From: an uncultured Candidatus Rokubacteria bacterium
GTDB lineage: Bacteria; Methylomirabilota; Methylomirabilia; Rokubacteriales; DASRDR01
DNA: 64,000 nt
Direction: 5' to 3'
Assembly: GCA_963826115.1 (NCBI GenBank)
Contig: CAWGVS010000007.1
Location: forward strand, 1-64,000
Made by a program: the position numbers and the translations under genes. The notes under the pieces were generated by a model that was not told where the DNA came from, searched no databases, and saw only the letters and a program-made list of their open reading frames with translations. Shown piece by piece: positions 61,985 to 64,000 of this stretch; position 1 is the stretch's first letter; each line of letters starts with the position of its first letter.

Positions 61985-62629
61985 CTACCGCTTGGGCTGC
62001 TGGGCGGCCGCCGCCCCGGGTGCCGGCGTCGCCGGCATGGGCGTCGCCTGGAACACCACCGCGACGAGGTCGGCGCGCACGCTGCCCGGCGACAGATCCG
62101 TGCCGCGCCCGGCGGCCTGGGGCCCGCCCGCTCCGCGCGGCCGCGCGAGGACCTTCACCTCGTTCAGGGTCACGAGCCGCGGCAGCTGCGCGAGCTGGTC
62201 GGCGAACTTCAGGAGGTCGTGGTACCCGCCGCCCACGCCGACCTCCATCGGGATCTCGACGTAGAGCTCCTGCGGACGATTCGGCCGCCGCTTCACCTGC
62301 CCCACGGTCAACCCCGACTTCCCGGCCAGCGTCTCGACGCTCCGGAGCACCGCCGCCGACTCGTGCTCGCTGGGCAGCCGCCGGGCGAGCTCGCGGAGCT
62401 GGACCTCGAGGGCTTCCCGCTCGCGCTTGATGCGCCCGAGGTTGGCCACCATCTGCTGCCCGTCGCGAACCTCCTTGGCGAGGCCGTTCCGCTCCACCTC
62501 GAGCTTCGCCGCCTCGGCGCGGAATCCCCGCACGCCGGGGAACCCGCCGATACCGGACCACGCGAAATAGCCGACACCGAGGATGAGGAGGCCGATCAGG
62601 ATGACCTTCTGCCGTTCTGCGCGGTCCAT
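61985..62629 (-). CDS. pilO: Type IV pilus assembly protein PilO
   Basis: TM, coiled coil, LPSEHE, YVEIPMEV..GGYHDL..F..LAQLPRLV. Confidence 0.9.
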   Translation of the reverse strand: MDRAERQKVILIGLLILGVGYFAWSGIGGFPGVRGFRAEAAKLEVERNGLAKEVRDGQQMVANLGRIKREREALEVQLRELARRLPSEHESAAVLRSVETLAGKSGLTVGQVKRRPNRPQELYVEIPMEVGVGGGYHDLLKFADQLAQLPRLVTLNEVKVLARPRGAGGPQAAGRGTDLSPGSVRADLVAVVFQATPMPATPAPGAAAAQQPKR

Positions 62630-62651
62630 CGTCCCCTGAGCCTCTTTCCGA

Positions 62652-63389
62652 TCAGAGCTTCACGCTCGCCGTGACCTCGAAGGACACGACGCGCGTCTGC
62701 TCGACCCGTTCAGCCTCGGTCACCACGAAATCCACGTCCGCGAAGATGCCCGCCTTCCGGAGGTTGTCCATGAAGTCGGCGATCTGGAAGTTGTTGAAGG
62801 CGCCGCCCTTGATGACCACCGAGTACCCGGAGAGCTGGGTCACCTCGCGCGTCGGCCCCTGACCCTTCGGCGGGGGCGGGCGGGTGCCCTGCGACTCCAC
62901 CTCGGCGCGCTTGGCCTCGAGCCGGCTCAGGGTCTCGCTCACCGGGGCCGTCTGGGCGTCCTCGACACGGACCCGCTGCTCCTGGGACTTCATCTCGACG
63001 ACGCTCAGCCAGACGCCCTGCGGCACGGCCTTGAGGACGCCGTTCAGCATGGCCAGCGGCACGCCCTGGCTCTTGGCGACCTTGCCGATCACCTCGATCC
63101 GGCGCTGGATCTCGATCTTGGCCCGCTCGGCCTGGTCGAGCTCGACGAGCTGGCCTTTCAGCTGCTCGTTCTGCGCCTTGAGCGTCGTGATCTCGGCCTG
63201 GAAGTCGCGCTTGGCGGCCCAGGCGCGATACCCGACCAGGCCCATGCCCGCCAGCATCAGCACGAAGACGCCGGCCAGGACCTTGGTGAGCAGGTCGGCA
63301 CTGACGCTGGTGCGAGGAGCGGGAGCCGCGGCCCGCCCGGTGCGGGCGGCCCGCGCTTCGCGGGGGAGCAGGTTGATTTTGATCGCCAC
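62652..63389 (-). CDS. pilN: Type IV pilus assembly protein PilN
   Basis: INLLP motif, TM, coiled coil, PQGVWL, IADFMDNL. Confidence 0.92.
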   Translation of the reverse strand: MAIKINLLPREARAARTGRAAAPAPRTSVSADLLTKVLAGVFVLMLAGMGLVGYRAWAAKRDFQAEITTLKAQNEQLKGQLVELDQAERAKIEIQRRIEVIGKVAKSQGVPLAMLNGVLKAVPQGVWLSVVEMKSQEQRVRVEDAQTAPVSETLSRLEAKRAEVESQGTRPPPPKGQGPTREVTQLSGYSVVIKGGAFNNFQIADFMDNLRKAGIFADVDFVVTEAERVEQTRVVSFEVTASVKL

Positions 63390-63401
63390 GGCGTACCGTC
63401 C

Positions 63402-64000
63402 TTACTTCCGGTCGTCCGGATAGCGCATGGCCAGCCCGGTCGCGACACTCGCGAGCGGCGCCAGCTTCTCGACCATGCCTGCGTCGGTCCCGGTGCCCAC
63501 GTCGACCCGCTTGAACGGGTTCGCCCGGATCACCTCGATGCCCCACTGCCCGGCGAGGAAATCCTGAAGGCCGGGGATCAGCGCGCACCCGCCCGAGAGG
63601 TAGATCCGCTGGATGCGCTCGTGCTCCGCGGTGGTGCCGAAGTAGTCGAGCGTGCGCTGGATCTCCTGCCCGATCTCCTGCGAGACCAGGTCCAGCACGG
63701 GCTCGACCTCGACCCAGCTGATCGAGCCCTGCTCGCCCCGCACGATGGCCTCGGCCTCCGCCGGGGCCAGATCGAAGCGCTGGGCGATCGTCGAGGCGTA
63801 CTGCCGGCCGCCGACGAAGATGTCCCGCGCGTACACGTTCATCCCGCCCTGCAGGATGTTGGTGTTCGTCGTCTCGTGGCCGATGTTGACGAGCGCCACG
63901 ACCTCGTTGCCCTGGCCGGGCTCGTTGTGCTGGTACTGCGTCTCGAGGGCGAAGACGTCGACGTCGACGACGACGACATTGAGCCCGCACGCCTCCACGA
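63402..64000 (-). CDS. pilM: Type IV pilus assembly protein PilM (5' end outside the window)
   Basis: VDVDVFAL, VNIG, EIQRTLDYF, YLSGG, ANPF, ATGLAMR. Confidence 0.92.
   Translation of the reverse strand, partial: VEACGLNVVVVDVDVFALETQYQHNEPGQGNEVVALVNIGHETTNTNILQGGMNVYARDIFVGGRQYASTIAQRFDLAPAEAEAIVRGEQGSISWVEVEPVLDLVSQEIGQEIQRTLDYFGTTAEHERIQRIYLSGGCALIPGLQDFLAGQWGIEVIRANPFKRVDVGTGTDAGMVEKLAPLASVATGLAMRYPDDRK

Overview
Very GC-rich bacterial chromosome segment. Gene order and style suggest Candidatus Rokubacteria/Methylomirabilota or a related deltaproteobacteria-like lineage (inference only). Almost all genes lie on the minus strand. Read in transcription order (right to left) it contains: pilM(partial)-pilN-pilO-pilP-pilQ, a secreted hypothetical, aroB and two Ig-like lipoproteins; a divergent secreted protein with a degenerate thermonuclease domain; TPR-efp-accB-(Zn-ribbon/TPR/HExxH protein)-accC; a liv-type ABC transporter with MaoC and DAO-family oxidoreductase; a TMTC-like GT-C/TPR protein; gcvT-H-PA-PB, lipoate ligase, NUDIX, pepA, PHP; an orphan solute-binding protein plus GT39; DAHP synthase; a collagen-like protein; two TonB-CTD paralogues and a 5'-nucleotidase; tRNA-Val-thrS-infC-rpmI-rplT, an insert of pilin, methyltransferase and HAD pseudogene, then pheS-pheT-zapB-like-zapA-6S RNA-rny-ymdB-folD-xseA-xseB-ispA-eno-ftsB-GT2; tRNA-fMet; and a lower-GC segment with a GlxA regulator and FAD oxidoreductase. 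The best non-obvious signals are: (1) a complete Phe/Tyr leader-peptide transcription attenuator upstream of DAHP synthase; (2) a two-copy hairpin-plus-tail intergenic repeat; (3) sigma54 promoters with TGAC-type upstream sites at both the pilin and the collagen-like gene; (4) a divergent promoter bounded by a perfect 13-bp inverted repeat; (5) a type IV pilus accessory cluster including a probable pseudo-nuclease. Several small frameshifts, one in the essential pheT, look like assembly errors.
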